DNA of 64,000 nucleotides from positions 78,050-142,049 of the forward strand of contig CAOKFZ010000003.1 in assembly GCA_948467875.1 (NCBI GenBank), in the 5' to 3' direction. A model generated the notes under the pieces. It had not been told where the DNA came from, searched no databases, and worked only from the letters and a program-made list of their open reading frames with translations. Source of the stretch: an uncultured Clostridium sp. (GTDB lineage: Bacteria > Bacillota > Clostridia > TANB77 > CAG-508). Of this stretch, positions 1 to 10,638 are shown piece by piece. How positions within the stretch are numbered: position 1 is the first letter of the stretch; each line of letters opens with the position of its first letter. The position numbers and the translations under genes were made by a program.

Positions 1-3000
1 AAGTAAAGGACAGATGGAATTTCTGATTTTACTGTAACAGCCTCTTCCCAAGGTTTTTGACTTTTTACAATAATTTTATATTCAAATGTATCTTCATAAT
101 TCAATTCTTGGCTACTAATTTCCTGCCATACTTCAACAGCTTCTTTCCTTTCTGCCGTAAATTCAAATCCTGTCGAACCACCAATTTTTTCTTCTCTGTC
201 ATTTGTCTTTAACTCAATTGTAGTATGCACTTCACTTCCTTCAAAACTACTATCTGTCAGTTCACAATCAACAAAAATTTTTGTCACATCTTCTTTTAAC
301 TCTCCGATTTGTGCCACAACTTTTTCGTTATTTCTATCAAACTCTAAATCTTGCACTTCTCCAACGCCTAAAGCATAAATTTTCTTAACTTCCAAATATT
401 CTGGCAAGTCAAAAGATAAATTAAAATCTCCATTTTCGTCTTCTTCACTTTTTGAAATGCTTACCATAAATGAAACTTTTGTGTTTTCATTGGTTCCTGA
501 AAATGTATTCACTAAAGCAGCTTCCATAGAAAGTTTTTGTTTTTCAGCCTTTAACGTATAATTCTCTGTTACATCATTAATTTGAAGATAACCTTGCAGT
601 GTTTTGCTCTCACTATTATCTTCTAATATTTTGACAGGAAATTCATAAGAACTTGTTTCCCCTGCTGCCAATCTTTCAATTCCAAATTCCTTTACAGTGA
701 TTTGGCTATCTTCTATGTAACCTTCTTCTTCGCTATATTCTGCATACACTGCTCCTTCTGGCACAGAAACATTTAGTACTACATTTTCTAAGTCCTCTCC
801 TGTTTTGTTTTCCACTTTTGCAACCAATGTTGCAATTTGTCCATAAAACACATTTTCCTCTTTTGTTTCTAATGACAATTTAATTTCTGGCATTTCTTCT
901 GTCAAAAGCCCTACTTTGTCAGCAACTGTGGTTTCATTTGAACTTAAGTTACTATAATATCCACCAAAACTTCCATAAATCGCTGCTCCATAATCCAAAT
1001 TTGCTGGAATTTCGAAATCATAACTATATTTCAAAATTTCCCCTGCTGCTAAAACATCATCCAACACAATCATGTATGATTTTACTTCTAACAAAGTAGC
1101 TGGTTCTTCTGTCCAACCATTATTCGCATCTTCTAAATCTGCTGTTGCCTTTTCGTTGCTTGAATAGTAAATCTTTGCCGTATTTTTGTTTTGCTCATTT
1201 GCCACAATTTTTGAAAACATATTGCTATTGACATTGGTTCCCAAAGTTTCCCCTGTTATTCCATCTGTGTTATTCGCAAATGGCGTTCTTCCAAGCAATA
1301 CAACATCTTTACATTCATTTTCCGTATTATTGGCTGCGTATAATTCCATAGTCGCAATTCTTGGACTACTTCCTCTAGCAATATTAACATCTTTTTGCCC
1401 TTGCTTTACAGATTTTACAACAGATTGCTCTCCGTCATAATGCATAATGCTATTTGCTGTTGTTAATCCGCTTGGTGCTTGATAATTAATAACTTCTACC
1501 TCAAAACCATTGGTCTCTCTTACAATTCCTACTGGAATTTCTTTGCCTAACGTCCATTTTGTTTGTGACTGATAATTAGTAACTGCCTCATTGCAATAAT
1601 ACATTTTGATTTGATCTTTTTTGCTTGGCGTATATTCATCTAATGTAACATTAAACTGCACCAAAATATTGGTTCCATGTGTTAACGTGCTTTCACTAAA
1701 CGCGTTTTGTGTGCCTGCCAAATTGATTTTCATTTTTACAATCCCATTCTCATTATGCACCGTCGCATCCGCCACACTCAAACCTTCTGCATAAGTTAAA
1801 TTGATACTCTGTGGCGTGACGTTTTTCACATAGCTTGGAAACACAATTTCAAAACTTGGATTTGTGTACAAATCGCTATCGACTGTATCGTTGTTTAACT
1901 CAATTCGCATTTCCACATTTTCGTTTTCGCTAATGGTGCTAAAATTGTTATTGCTAAGAACGATGTCCGCATTGGTAACGCTACTTTTCATCGCTTTTTT
2001 CACAGTCGCTTCAGATAAATTATAGCGATTTTCGTCATCTGCATATTTCACAGAAGCCGTGACTTTACTTTCAATTTCGCGGAACGTATTGTATTCAGCT
2101 CTATCATAACTTGATTTTCCAATTGCTTTTGTGTATTCGATGTTCAAGTTTTGGTTGACACTCACACTTTTCAAAACAACATAGATACCATTTGGTTTAT
2201 TTTCCAAATTGATTTCACATTCTTCTTGTGAGTGAACATTTTCTGCATTCAAACTGCTCAGCAATTCACCTGCATTATTATAAATCTCGATTATCCCGCC
2301 ATTTGCTAAAATATTCTCAATTTCATTGTAAGAAAATTTCACTTTTTTATAATAAACATCATTTGTTTCAAAAGCTGTTTGTTTTGCATCTAAATAACTT
2401 TCTTTTGAGGTATCAATTGTTAATTCTTCAAATGCATCACTTGTTAAAATGTTCAAATTAACACTTGTCGTAAACTCTGCCTCATACACTGCTTCCTCAT
2501 GGTTATAATTGGCATTGATTTTTCCTTTATGGATGACATCTTCATTTGTGCTAACATGATAACTAATCATATCTCCTACCACAGCTGCAATTTCTTGCAT
2601 TTCTGAAATGCTGGCTGTCAAATTCTTATTTTCGTTGGCACTAATTTCTTCTGCATTGACTGTTACATTATTATCAAATGTATAATTTCCTTCGTCCACA
2701 AAATCCGCATATTTGTAAATGATGATATATTCATCTGTTCCGAGTGAATTGACTGCCTTTCCTTCATTGTCATTGGAAACATGAATATAAATTTTTCCTT
2801 CTTCTGCCTGATATTCCCAATTCTCTTCCGTAAATTCTACAACTCCTGTATCTTGTCCTTTGCTTGCCATCAATTTATTGGCAACCACGCTTACGTTGGC
2901 TGGACTTTCTCCGTTTAAAGTTGGTACCGAAATTTCCAAATCTGTTTTTTTCAATGGCAAATAATTTTCTTCCTCATTTTGTCCTTCTCTTTTTAGTGTA

Positions 3001-3845
3001 ATTTTATTTTCCAACAAACTGCCTTGTCTCTCTCCTACGTAGTATGGCGAAAATTTTGTATATTCACTTGTCATTTCAATATCATTGTGATAACTCCAAC
3101 CAATGCTAATATTGTTGCTAATGTTTTCTTCTTTTTCATTCAAATCAACATCTATGTATTTGCCAGACAAAACAATTTCCACTTCTTGATACAAATCAGA
3201 TGAAACAATTTCTTCTTTTGGTAAATATTCGATTTCCACTTCTATTTTCGTTGGATGAATGATATTCTTAACTTGTATTTCATAATCTGAAACAAGTTCC
3301 ACTTGGTGCGGATTTAAGTCATCTTCGTTTTCTTCTTCATTCATTTTGTCTTCAATCATTTTTTCTTCGTCCACCAACTCATCTTCGTCTATGATTGGTT
3401 CTGTATTCTCTTGGTTTTCTGTATCTCCCATATCCAAACTAACAAATGAATTGTCTTCTGATTCTTCTTGCGTCTCTTCTGGCTTTTCTTTGCCATCCTC
3501 GACTTCAATGTTCGCAATTTTTGAAAATCTAAAAGGAAGATTATTTTCATCTATTGCATTTGCACTTATCATTCCTTCTCGAATAAAGCCACTTCCCACC
3601 TCTTTTGGCGAAACTTCCAATATCAAATTTGCCTTTTCATTCACATCAAATATTTTTTCATGATTTTGGTTTTCGTCTTCTTCAAAATAACTGTTTAACA
3701 CCATGTCTGAACTGCCAAAAAATCCATCTGTGATGGTGGTTATTCCATCTGTTGTGGCAATTGCTTGCAATGTTTGCGCAGAATAAGTAAACATGATGAC
3801 AAACACAATTAACGTACTAATCATTTTTTTCGACTTACAAAACAT
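1..3845 (-). CDS. Large secreted or cell-surface protein (partial; over 1280 aa in the window; the C-terminus lies beyond coordinate 1). Asn/Glu/Thr-rich with repetitive domains; putative adhesin or wall-associated protein.
   Basis: The minus-strand frame is continuous from ATG at 3845..3843 to the window edge. Spot checks at about 2040-2100 and 3300-3845 stay in frame. An RBS, AAGTGAGGT, sits 7 nt upstream. The N-terminus MFCKSKKMISTLIVFVIMFTYSAQTLQAIATT looks like a signal peptide. The ORF track omits it because no stop codon falls inside the window. Confidence 0.55.
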   Translation of the reverse strand, partial: MFCKSKKMISTLIVFVIMFTYSAQTLQAIATTDGITTITDGFFGSSDMVLNSYFEEDENQNHEKIFDVNEKANLILEVSPKEVGSGFIREGMISANAIDENNLPFRFSKIANIEVEDGKEKPEETQEESEDNSFVSLDMGDTENQENTEPIIDEDELVDEEKMIEDKMNEEENEDDLNPHQVELVSDYEIQVKNIIHPTKIEVEIEYLPKEEIVSSDLYQEVEIVLSGKYIDVDLNEKEENISNNISIGWSYHNDIEMTSEYTKFSPYYVGERQGSLLENKITLKREGQNEEENYLPLKKTDLEISVPTLNGESPANVSVVANKLMASKGQDTGVVEFTEENWEYQAEEGKIYIHVSNDNEGKAVNSLGTDEYIIIYKYADFVDEGNYTFDNNVTVNAEEISANENKNLTASISEMQEIAAVVGDMISYHVSTNEDVIHKGKINANYNHEEAVYEAEFTTSVNLNILTSDAFEELTIDTSKESYLDAKQTAFETNDVYYKKVKFSYNEIENILANGGIIEIYNNAGELLSSLNAENVHSQEECEINLENKPNGIYVVLKSVSVNQNLNIEYTKAIGKSSYDRAEYNTFREIESKVTASVKYADDENRYNLSEATVKKAMKSSVTNADIVLSNNNFSTISENENVEMRIELNNDTVDSDLYTNPSFEIVFPSYVKNVTPQSINLTYAEGLSVADATVHNENGIVKMKINLAGTQNAFSESTLTHGTNILVQFNVTLDEYTPSKKDQIKMYYCNEAVTNYQSQTKWTLGKEIPVGIVRETNGFEVEVINYQAPSGLTTANSIMHYDGEQSVVKSVKQGQKDVNIARGSSPRIATMELYAANNTENECKDVVLLGRTPFANNTDGITGETLGTNVNSNMFSKIVANEQNKNTAKIYYSSNEKATADLEDANNGWTEEPATLLEVKSYMIVLDDVLAAGEILKYSYDFEIPANLDYGAAIYGSFGGYYSNLSSNETTVADKVGLLTEEMPEIKLSLETKEENVFYGQIATLVAKVENKTGEDLENVVLNVSVPEGAVYAEYSEEEGYIEDSQITVKEFGIERLAAGETSSYEFPVKILEDNSESKTLQGYLQINDVTENYTLKAEKQKLSMEAALVNTFSGTNENTKVSFMVSISKSEEDENGDFNLSFDLPEYLEVKKIYALGVGEVQDLEFDRNNEKVVAQIGELKEDVTKIFVDCELTDSSFEGSEVHTTIELKTNDREEKIGGSTGFEFTAERKEAVEVWQEISSQELNYEDTFEYKIIVKSQKPWEEAVTVKSEIPSVLY

Positions 3846-4282
3846 CTCGCATACCTCACTTTCCAATTTTACTATTTCTTTTATATATTAGTTCAAAAAA
3901 GTTCTTTTGTAAATAGTAAAATATGCCATTTTCCAGCACTTGAAGGTTTTTAGCGAAAAAATATTTTACGGAAACTACGCCTCTCAAGCCAATGTTAAAT
4001 TTATATTAAATTTTGATTACATTTTTGTAACACAAGTTATCCACATTTTGTCAACAGTCCCAGTTTTTTGGCAAAAATAGAGCAAAAAAATAGCTCAACC
4101 TTTAAGGAAATAAGGTTTTGCTATTTATATTTACATTTGTGGTTGTTTGTAATAAAAATTACGAGAGTTTCCTTAACTAATTTCCTGTAATTTTTTGTGT
4201 CTTTTTTCTAAGCTGTTGCATATATTATCTGTAAGAGTATGCTTCCAAAACATACCACTTAAACTTATGGAGGTTTGAAAAT

Positions 4283-4420
4283 ATGGATAATATGGATATT
4301 AATAAATTGCTTTCTGCTATTTCAAAAATGGATAAGGCAGAATTAGAAAAAAACATCTATCGTGCACAACAAATTTTAAATAATTCTGATATTAAAAAAA
4401 ATCTTGATAACCAGGAGTAA
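4283..4420 (+). CDS. Hypothetical small protein (45 aa)
   Basis: ATG at 4283 is preceded by GGAGGT (4270-4275) and the ORF ends with TAA at 4418-4420, 2 nt before the next ORF. No recognisable family. Confidence 0.35.
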   Translation: MDNMDINKLLSAISKMDKAELEKNIYRAQQILNNSDIKKNLDNQE

Positions 4421-4422
4421 GT

Positions 4423-4824
4423 ATGAACGATAATTTTAATGATATTTTAAGTAATTTTTCAGAAATTTTAAAAGAAAAAGATATCGACTTAAATAACATA
4501 TTAGGAAATAATCATCACAATGACAACATGGATGGCACGGAAAATCGTGCCTCTGATGATGGTTTCGACATTAACATGATTTTGAAAATCAAAGACATCA
4601 TGAGCCAAATGAATAGCAATAAAAACAACCCTAGAAACCAATTATTGCATTCTTTGAAACCATATTTGGAGGACACTAAAAAAGAAAAACTAGAACAATA
4701 CATAAAGATTGCTAATCTTTTAAGTGTTCTAGATTCTTTTGATGACAAAAATACTTTCAAATTTTTATCCAATAGTGACTACGATTTCACTTTAATGATT
4801 ATCCTATTTTTACTAATCATTTAG
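4423..4824 (+). CDS. Hypothetical protein (133 aa). It has an acidic, Asn-rich N-terminal half and a hydrophobic C-terminal tail, and is convergent with minC.
   Basis: ORF track. It is probably coupled to the upstream 45-aa ORF. No family recognised. Confidence 0.4.
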   Translation: MNDNFNDILSNFSEILKEKDIDLNNILGNNHHNDNMDGTENRASDDGFDINMILKIKDIMSQMNSNKNNPRNQLLHSLKPYLEDTKKEKLEQYIKIANLLSVLDSFDDKNTFKFLSNSDYDFTLMIILFLLII

Positions 4825-5426
4825 AGCGCTTTAATCTCTCCGTCTTTGATGCAAAAAATCGGACATCTTTCTTCTTTTTCCGTGATTTCTTTTACCAAAT
4901 TAGAAATTCTAATTTGTGTTGCTTCCATGTTATTGGCAGCAATAATCGCTTTTGTATTTCCGTTTGCCCCACTATGTGCAACTCCCCTTAGCGTTCCCAA
5001 CACAATAATATTTCCACCAGCCACAATTTCCGCACCAGAATTCACATCACCACAAACCACAATACTTCCAACATATTCCTCTTTGCTTCCAGAGCGCACT
5101 GAATTATACACATATCTGGTTTCTGAAATTTCTGTTTCCAATTCAAACGTTTTCTTAATGGCATGTAAGCCTAACAAATCAGAAGCATCATCAAATTTTA
5201 CCTCAACACTGATTTCTTCTTTGATGATTTTTTCAATAAGCACTCTTTCTGTCTCAGAAAACAACTTTCCAGTTACCCTGATTGGCACATTGGAATTTTT
5301 ATAAAAGTCTTTCAACTTTGGCAATTTTTCTTCTAATTCCTGTATGATAACAGTATTATCTGCTTGCACGTTAATGTTTAGTACAATCTCATCTGTTGTT
5401 TGTTTGATTCTAATATTGTTTAACAT
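4821..5426 (-). CDS. minC: Septum site-determining protein MinC
   Basis: 201 aa. The C-terminal beta-helix region GNIIVLGTLRGVAHSGANGN and GSIVVCGDVNSGAEIVAGG is characteristic of the MinC C-domain. It sits downstream of PBP2, mreD and mreC as in Clostridial mre-min clusters. Confidence 0.8.
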   Translation of the reverse strand: MLNNIRIKQTTDEIVLNINVQADNTVIIQELEEKLPKLKDFYKNSNVPIRVTGKLFSETERVLIEKIIKEEISVEVKFDDASDLLGLHAIKKTFELETEISETRYVYNSVRSGSKEEYVGSIVVCGDVNSGAEIVAGGNIIVLGTLRGVAHSGANGNTKAIIAANNMEATQIRISNLVKEITEKEERCPIFCIKDGEIKAL

Positions 5427-5443
5427 TCTTATTTCCTTCCTTA

Positions 5444-7589
5444 TTAATTAAATTGTTCTGTTTCGTGTTCTGCTGACATAACTTCATTTACATATTGCAT
5501 ATTCATGCCAAAATATTCTGCTATGACTTCACGCACGACCTCTGCTGTATAATAACCATGACCACCATTTTCAACGACCACGATTACCGCTATTTCTGGT
5601 TTTTCAAATGGAGCAAATCCCACAAACCATGCATTTACATCTCCGCCTGTTACTTCTGCAGAACCTGTTTTTCCACCTACTGAAATGTCAAAATCAGAAA
5701 AGATGGAACGCGCAGTTCCGCTTTCTCCTTCTGTAACAGCTCTCATTCCTTCCAAAACAGCTCGCATCGTTTCTTCTTTAATCTGCAAATTTTCTACCTC
5801 ATTTGGCTCAATCCCCAATTTCTGATTGGTAAATTGCCTGATTTCCGAATCTGGTACTTGTGTGCCATCTGAGTTTACAACGCTTTTTACAATACTCAAA
5901 TCAATCGAATGTCCGCCATTTGCTATCATCGAAATGTATTTTGCCATTTGCACTGGTGTAAAATCATTATAACTTTGACCAATTGCCGCACTCAGCATAT
6001 CTCCTGCACCCCAAGTTCTGCCTTTCTTTTCAGCTGCACTTTTGCTTGCCAATGTTCCTGATTTTTCATTATATAGCTCAATTCCTGTTTTTTGTCCTAA
6101 TCCAAAATAACGTGAATATTTTTCCAAATTATCAATTCCCATTCGAGTTCCCACTTCATAAAAGAAATAGTTACATGATTTTTCAATGGCTCCTGACACA
6201 TTCAGCGGTCCATGACCTCTTCCATAATCCTTATAATACCAACAAGACGGCTTATATTTTGAATTTTGCGATAAGATATAAGGACCATTATCATTGATTT
6301 TTTCTACTGTATTGGTCACTCCTGTTTCCAATGCCGCAATTGCTGTAATCATTTTAAACGTAGAACCTGGCGCATAGGAACTTTGTATTGTTCGGTTGTG
6401 CAAAGGGTTGAGTGGATTGGTATTATATTCAGAATATTTTTCATTGCTAATTCCATTATAAAACAATCCTGGCTCATAATCTGGATAACTTGCCATCGCC
6501 AAAATCTCACCAGTATTTACGTTTGTAACCACTACGGCTCCGACCTTTTGCATGATATGTCTGGGAAAATCCGCCTGCTTTAATTTTCTCAATATTCGCA
6601 GCCAAGGCGTTTTCTGTTATTTTTTGCAAATTAGAATCAATGGTAAGCACTACATCTGCTCCACCAATCGCCTCTTGGCTCGTATATTCTCCCGTTATCG
6701 TTCCATCCACTGACATGTCAATTTGCTTTTTACCATCTTCGCCTCTTAAATATTCCTCAAATACTTTCTCAATTCCCGTTTTTCCAATTTTGTCAGATGG
6801 CTCATATTCATAATCATCTCCACTTGCTTTCAAAGCCTCTTCGTCTTTATCCGAAATTCTTCCCATGTACCCCAAAATATGAGATGCCATATTTCCTACA
6901 TGATATTTTCGAATTGGTTCTGTTACAATATTAACACCAGTTAGCTCATTACTTCTGACTTGCAACTCCACCGCACTTTCTCTGGAAATTGCCTCTGAAA
7001 TGCTAATCGACTTTGTCGTAGAATACCCTTTTGTTGTAATTCCATAGCGAATTGCCAAAATTTTTCGGATACTTTGAATATCGTCTGTTTTGATATTATA
7101 TTTATCTCGCATCAAATAAAAGGCTTCCTCCGCTGATGCTGTTTCCGGAATTTTGTATTTTTCTTTCCATTTAGCCAACTCCTCTTCAGAAGAAAAATGA
7201 AATTCAAATGGTTCAATGCTAATCGGAAAAGTGTCAAAATAACTATCCCCATTTTTCTCCAGAATTTCGACCATTAATAAAATCGAATGATTCAGTTGTT
7301 CATCCTCAACTTTTGTCTTGTACATTTCTAGAGAAAAACTCATATCCGTGCTAACCAACGCATTTCCTGAACGATCTACAATACTTCCTCTCGCTGCTTC
7401 AATCGTGGATTCTCTGGATAATCTTGTATTGGAATTTTCTCTATATTCCTGCCCATTGACGATTTGCATATCAAATAGCCTTACTAAAATAACCAAAGCA
7501 ACCAGATATATGACGACTGATATCACATTAAATCTAAAATTCAATTTATCCAGCTCCGTTTTTTCCTTCTTGAATTTCGTTTTTCTCAC
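5444..7589 (-). pseudogene. mrdA: Penicillin-binding protein 2 (class B transpeptidase, PBP2/MrdA-like), split into two ORFs (7589..6507 and 6592..5444) by a +1 frameshift. It may be a sequencing artefact.
   Basis: The N-terminal ORF has a membrane anchor and a dimerisation domain and ends ...NIEKIKAGGFSQTYHAKG. The C-terminal ORF carries SXXK (STFK), SCN and KTG motifs. Deleting the G at plus 6542 (a C in the coding sense, ggt[c]ggagcc) restores ...HAKGGAVVVTNVNTGEILAMASYPDYEPGLF, the canonical PBP2 junction. Confidence 0.8.
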
Positions 7590-7610
7590 CTCCTAGGCAT
7601 TATTGGTTTC

Positions 7611-8144
7611 TTAAAAATAACGTGTTAATATATTTGTTTTTTTAAACGTGCGGTCAATACCATAACCAACTTTTTGAATGAATGGATACAACAAAATTGT
7701 TAGCAAGACATTGTACAAAACTTCAATTGCTAAAATTTTTGCAAAATACAACATCTCTGTGTCAAACCCCAAAATCACTGAATTAATTCCATAATAACCA
7801 ATTTCAAAAATAACAGTAGAAATTGCTACCATCAAAATAATCGTAATTTTATTTTCCTTGGAAAAATTTCGGTCAAAATAAGCACCTAAATAACCGATTA
7901 CGCACATCATTAGCGCCGTTACTCCAATAGTCTTGCTATATGCCAAGTCAACAATCAATCCACCAATCACACCAAACAAAACACTGGTTGTTACATTGGC
8001 AAATAATCCAATAAACAAAATATATAGGACAAATAAATTAGGCATAATTCCTGCTATCGTAAAATTTTGAAACACATTTGCTTGCAAGAAAAAGACAACC
8101 AAATACAGTCCAATCAGTAGTATCACTTTTGATGTTTTTTTCAT
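7611..8144 (-). CDS. mreD: Rod shape-determining protein MreD (polytopic membrane protein)
   Basis: 177 aa, 5-6 TM helices, located immediately downstream of mreC and upstream of PBP2. Confidence 0.6.
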   Translation of the reverse strand: MKKTSKVILLIGLYLVVFFLQANVFQNFTIAGIMPNLFVLYILFIGLFANVTTSVLFGVIGGLIVDLAYSKTIGVTALMMCVIGYLGAYFDRNFSKENKITIILMVAISTVIFEIGYYGINSVILGFDTEMLYFAKILAIEVLYNVLLTILLYPFIQKVGYGIDRTFKKTNILTRYF

Positions 8145-8167
8145 ACTTAAAAAGCTCCCTTTCTAAA

Positions 8168-8983
8168 TTAATTGTTGATTACCAACACTGTATCAACCGT
8201 AGAAAAATCAACCGCAGGTTTGATAGTCGCATAGCGGTCTGTTACATTTCTAGTTGTGATAATTTCTTCGATCGTACCAATCAAAATTCCTTTTCTAAAA
8301 ATTTCTCCCAAACCTGATGTATACACATTATCTCCTTGAATTAATTCTGCCCCTGTTGGAATATACGAAGCTCTTAAAATTTGACTATTTTCAAGTGTTC
8401 CTTTACAAATAATGCTTTCTTCTGTTGTGCTAATATTACAACTTACCGTGCTCGCCGCATCCACAATCACTTGCACTTTTGCTGTTGTTGGCGTTGTTGA
8501 TATAATGTGCCCTACCAAACCTTTATCTGCAATCACTGTCATATTCACAGCTACACCATCATTTTCGCCCACATTAATGACCAAATCACTACTGAAATTG
8601 CTTACATCTCGATTAATCACATACGCTGGAATCGTATTATAATCCGCGTATTTCTGTGTCAAATTCATATATTCCTGAAGAGTTGCATTATCAGCTTTAA
8701 TTCCTTCTAACTCCCTTAACTGTGTTTCTAACTCACTATTGCGTTTTCTGAGCTGCTCATTTTCTGTTTGCAAACTTTGTATATCCGCAAAATAAGCTGA
8801 ATTTCCTTGGATTTTATTTGCCAAATCCGTTACCACTCTTTGCACTGGTGCCACAACCGAATTTACAATTCCTTCTAGAAATGACAATTTATTCAGTTTC
8901 ATGTTGGAAAGAAAAATCAACAAAATCAATATAATTAAAGTAATCACTCCACCTAGTATATTGGATTGTTTATTTCTATTCAT
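8168..8983 (-). CDS. mreC: Rod shape-determining protein MreC
   Basis: 271 aa with an N-terminal TM helix, a coiled-coil (LQTENEQLRKRNSELETQLRELEG) and a C-terminal beta domain. Its position after radC supports the call. Confidence 0.75.
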   Translation of the reverse strand: MNRNKQSNILGGVITLIILILLIFLSNMKLNKLSFLEGIVNSVVAPVQRVVTDLANKIQGNSAYFADIQSLQTENEQLRKRNSELETQLRELEGIKADNATLQEYMNLTQKYADYNTIPAYVINRDVSNFSSDLVINVGENDGVAVNMTVIADKGLVGHIISTTPTTAKVQVIVDAASTVSCNISTTEESIICKGTLENSQILRASYIPTGAELIQGDNVYTSGLGEIFRKGILIGTIEEIITTRNVTDRYATIKPAVDFSTVDTVLVINN

Positions 8984-9011
8984 TTACATTCTCCTTTCAA
9001 CATATCAACTT

Positions 9012-9701
9012 TTATGTGCCTCCCATGGCGCTATGATACTCGCCATCGCCTATCACAATATGGTCCAACAACTGAATTCCCATCAAATTAGCACACAAAT
9101 TTATTTTTTGCGTTGCTTCTAAATCTTGTCTACTTGGCGTAGAATCCCCACTTGGATGATTATGCGCTAAAATAATTTTAGGAATTTGCTGTTTAATCGG
9201 CTCTGCCAAAATTTGTTTCGCATCAAAAACAAGCATACTATCTTTGCCACTTGCAATATTCAATATTTTCTGCACCACATTTTGATTATTCAACATAATC
9301 AACTTCAAAATCTCTTTTTTCTCAAATCTCATCTCAGGCATCAATAAATTTGCAACATCTTTTTTTGTCTTAATCACGACTTTATTCATATTAATTGGTC
9401 TTGACATTCTTTTTGCAATTTCACCCAAAGCCTTCAACTCAATTGCCTTTACCTTGCCAATTCCATTAATTTTCATCAATTCATTTATCGATACTTCTTG
9501 TAAAAATCTTAAATCATTCGTATTTTCCTTTGAACCCAAATCAATCACTTGTCTCGCCAAATCCAAAGCTGTTCTATCCTTGGTTCCAGTTTTTATAATA
9601 ATTGCCAATAATTCACTATTGCTAAGTGTATCTTCGCCATACGCCATCAATTTTTCATACGGTCTTTCTGAAGTCGGCAAAGTTTTCATTTTTACTGCCA
9701 T
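9012..9701 (-). CDS. radC: RadC-family (UPF0758, JAB/MPN domain) protein
   Basis: 229 aa. The N-terminus has an HhH region (LSNSELLAIIIKTGTKDRTALDLARQV) and the C-terminus has the JAMM motif HNHPSGDSTPSRQD. Confidence 0.8.
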   Translation of the reverse strand: MAVKMKTLPTSERPYEKLMAYGEDTLSNSELLAIIIKTGTKDRTALDLARQVIDLGSKENTNDLRFLQEVSINELMKINGIGKVKAIELKALGEIAKRMSRPINMNKVVIKTKKDVANLLMPEMRFEKKEILKLIMLNNQNVVQKILNIASGKDSMLVFDAKQILAEPIKQQIPKIILAHNHPSGDSTPSRQDLEATQKINLCANLMGIQLLDHIVIGDGEYHSAMGGT

Positions 9702-9819
9702 ATTCTTCCTTTCTGTTCACTTAAATCCCCCAATATGAATTAATCCTATCTATTATATCGCGATAATCTGTTTTTTTCAAGTGATTTTAGTACATTTTTA
9801 AATATTTCTTAATATAATT

Positions 9820-9889
9820 AACTGAGACTGTTAAAGTTTTACTTAGTAAACAGTCTCAGTTGTTAATATTTATGCTAATAAATATTAAC
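9820..9889. other. Two adjacent perfect hairpins in the divergent radC-mecA intergenic region: AACTGAGACTGTT-N16-AACAGTCTCAGTT (9820..9861) and GTTAATATTTA-N6-TAAATATTAAC (9862..9889)
   Basis: 13-bp and 11-bp perfect inverted repeats. Not followed by T-tracts. Confidence 0.5.
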
Positions 9890-10002
9890 TTCTTATGAAT
9901 AGCTGTTAAAGTTATGGCAAAAATTTTCATTTACTTTTTAGCTAGAAGTAGTATAATTAAATTATTGAAACCCTTTCGGTTATATTTTAGGAGGCTTAGC
10001 TT

Positions 10003-10581
10003 ATGAAAATAGAAAAAATTAATGAAAACAAAATTCGAATTACATTTAATCATTCTTACTTACAAGAAAACAATGTTGACATACATTCTTTTATGTCCAA
10101 TTCATTAGAAAGCCAAAGTTTATTTTTGAATTTGTTAGATGAAGCAGAACGTGAAATTGGCTTCATCACAGACAATTATAAACTTTGCATTGAAGCCCTT
10201 GCCCTAAGCAATGGCAATTTTATCATTACTGTTACACGAATTGAAAAAGAAGTTTTGAAATCTTCTCGTGTTCAAGTTCGTAGAAAAAACAGGCAAAATG
10301 CCCCACAATTAATCTACAAATTTTCAAGTTTCGATGATTTTTGTAATTTTGAAAACTTTTTATCCACTTCTATGCCAAACTTAGTAGATAAGCTATCTAC
10401 CTCAAACGCATTATATAAATATGAAGATTATTTTTTCTTTATTTTACAAAACATTGACCAACCATATCTTTCTGCCATTTCTAGTGCCATTAGTGAATTT
10501 GCAATTGCCGTGCCTACCTCAGATTTAATTTTAAATAAATTAAAAGAATATGGTTCCTTACTACATACAACATCTACTTAA
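10003..10581 (+). CDS. mecA: Adaptor protein MecA-like
   Basis: The N-terminus MKIEKINENKIRITFNHSYLQENNVDI...FLNLLDEAEREIGFITDNYKLCIEALALSNGNFIITVTRIEK matches the MecA N-domain pattern (MKIERIN..T..; L.IQV..L..G.E.IVTK). RBS AGGAGG at 9984-9989. Confidence 0.5.
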   Translation: MKIEKINENKIRITFNHSYLQENNVDIHSFMSNSLESQSLFLNLLDEAEREIGFITDNYKLCIEALALSNGNFIITVTRIEKEVLKSSRVQVRRKNRQNAPQLIYKFSSFDDFCNFENFLSTSMPNLVDKLSTSNALYKYEDYFFFILQNIDQPYLSAISSAISEFAIAVPTSDLILNKLKEYGSLLHTTST

Positions 10582-10593
10582 ATTATACTTCAA

Positions 10594-10634
10594 ATTATTA
10601 TAATTTCAAGCATAATAATTCAAATTTAATATTA
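10594..10634. repeat. About 41-bp direct repeat, copy A (ATTATTATAATTTCAAGCATAATAATTCAAATTTAATATTA), flanking the DUF234 ATPase gene
   Basis: About 38/41 identical to 12113..12153. Each copy contains an internal AT palindrome (ATTATTAT-N10-ATAATAAT). Confidence 0.6.
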
Positions 10635-10638
10635 TCTT

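Noticed and set aside
4846-5304. Numerous 60-170-aa ORFs on the strand opposite to long conserved genes, for example 4846..5304, 5983..6297, 18162..18500, 23278..23760, 34563..34943, 40090..40485 and 51731..52234.
   Set aside because: They lie fully inside well-supported genes on the other strand, lack RBSs and have low-complexity composition. They are spurious antisense ORFs.
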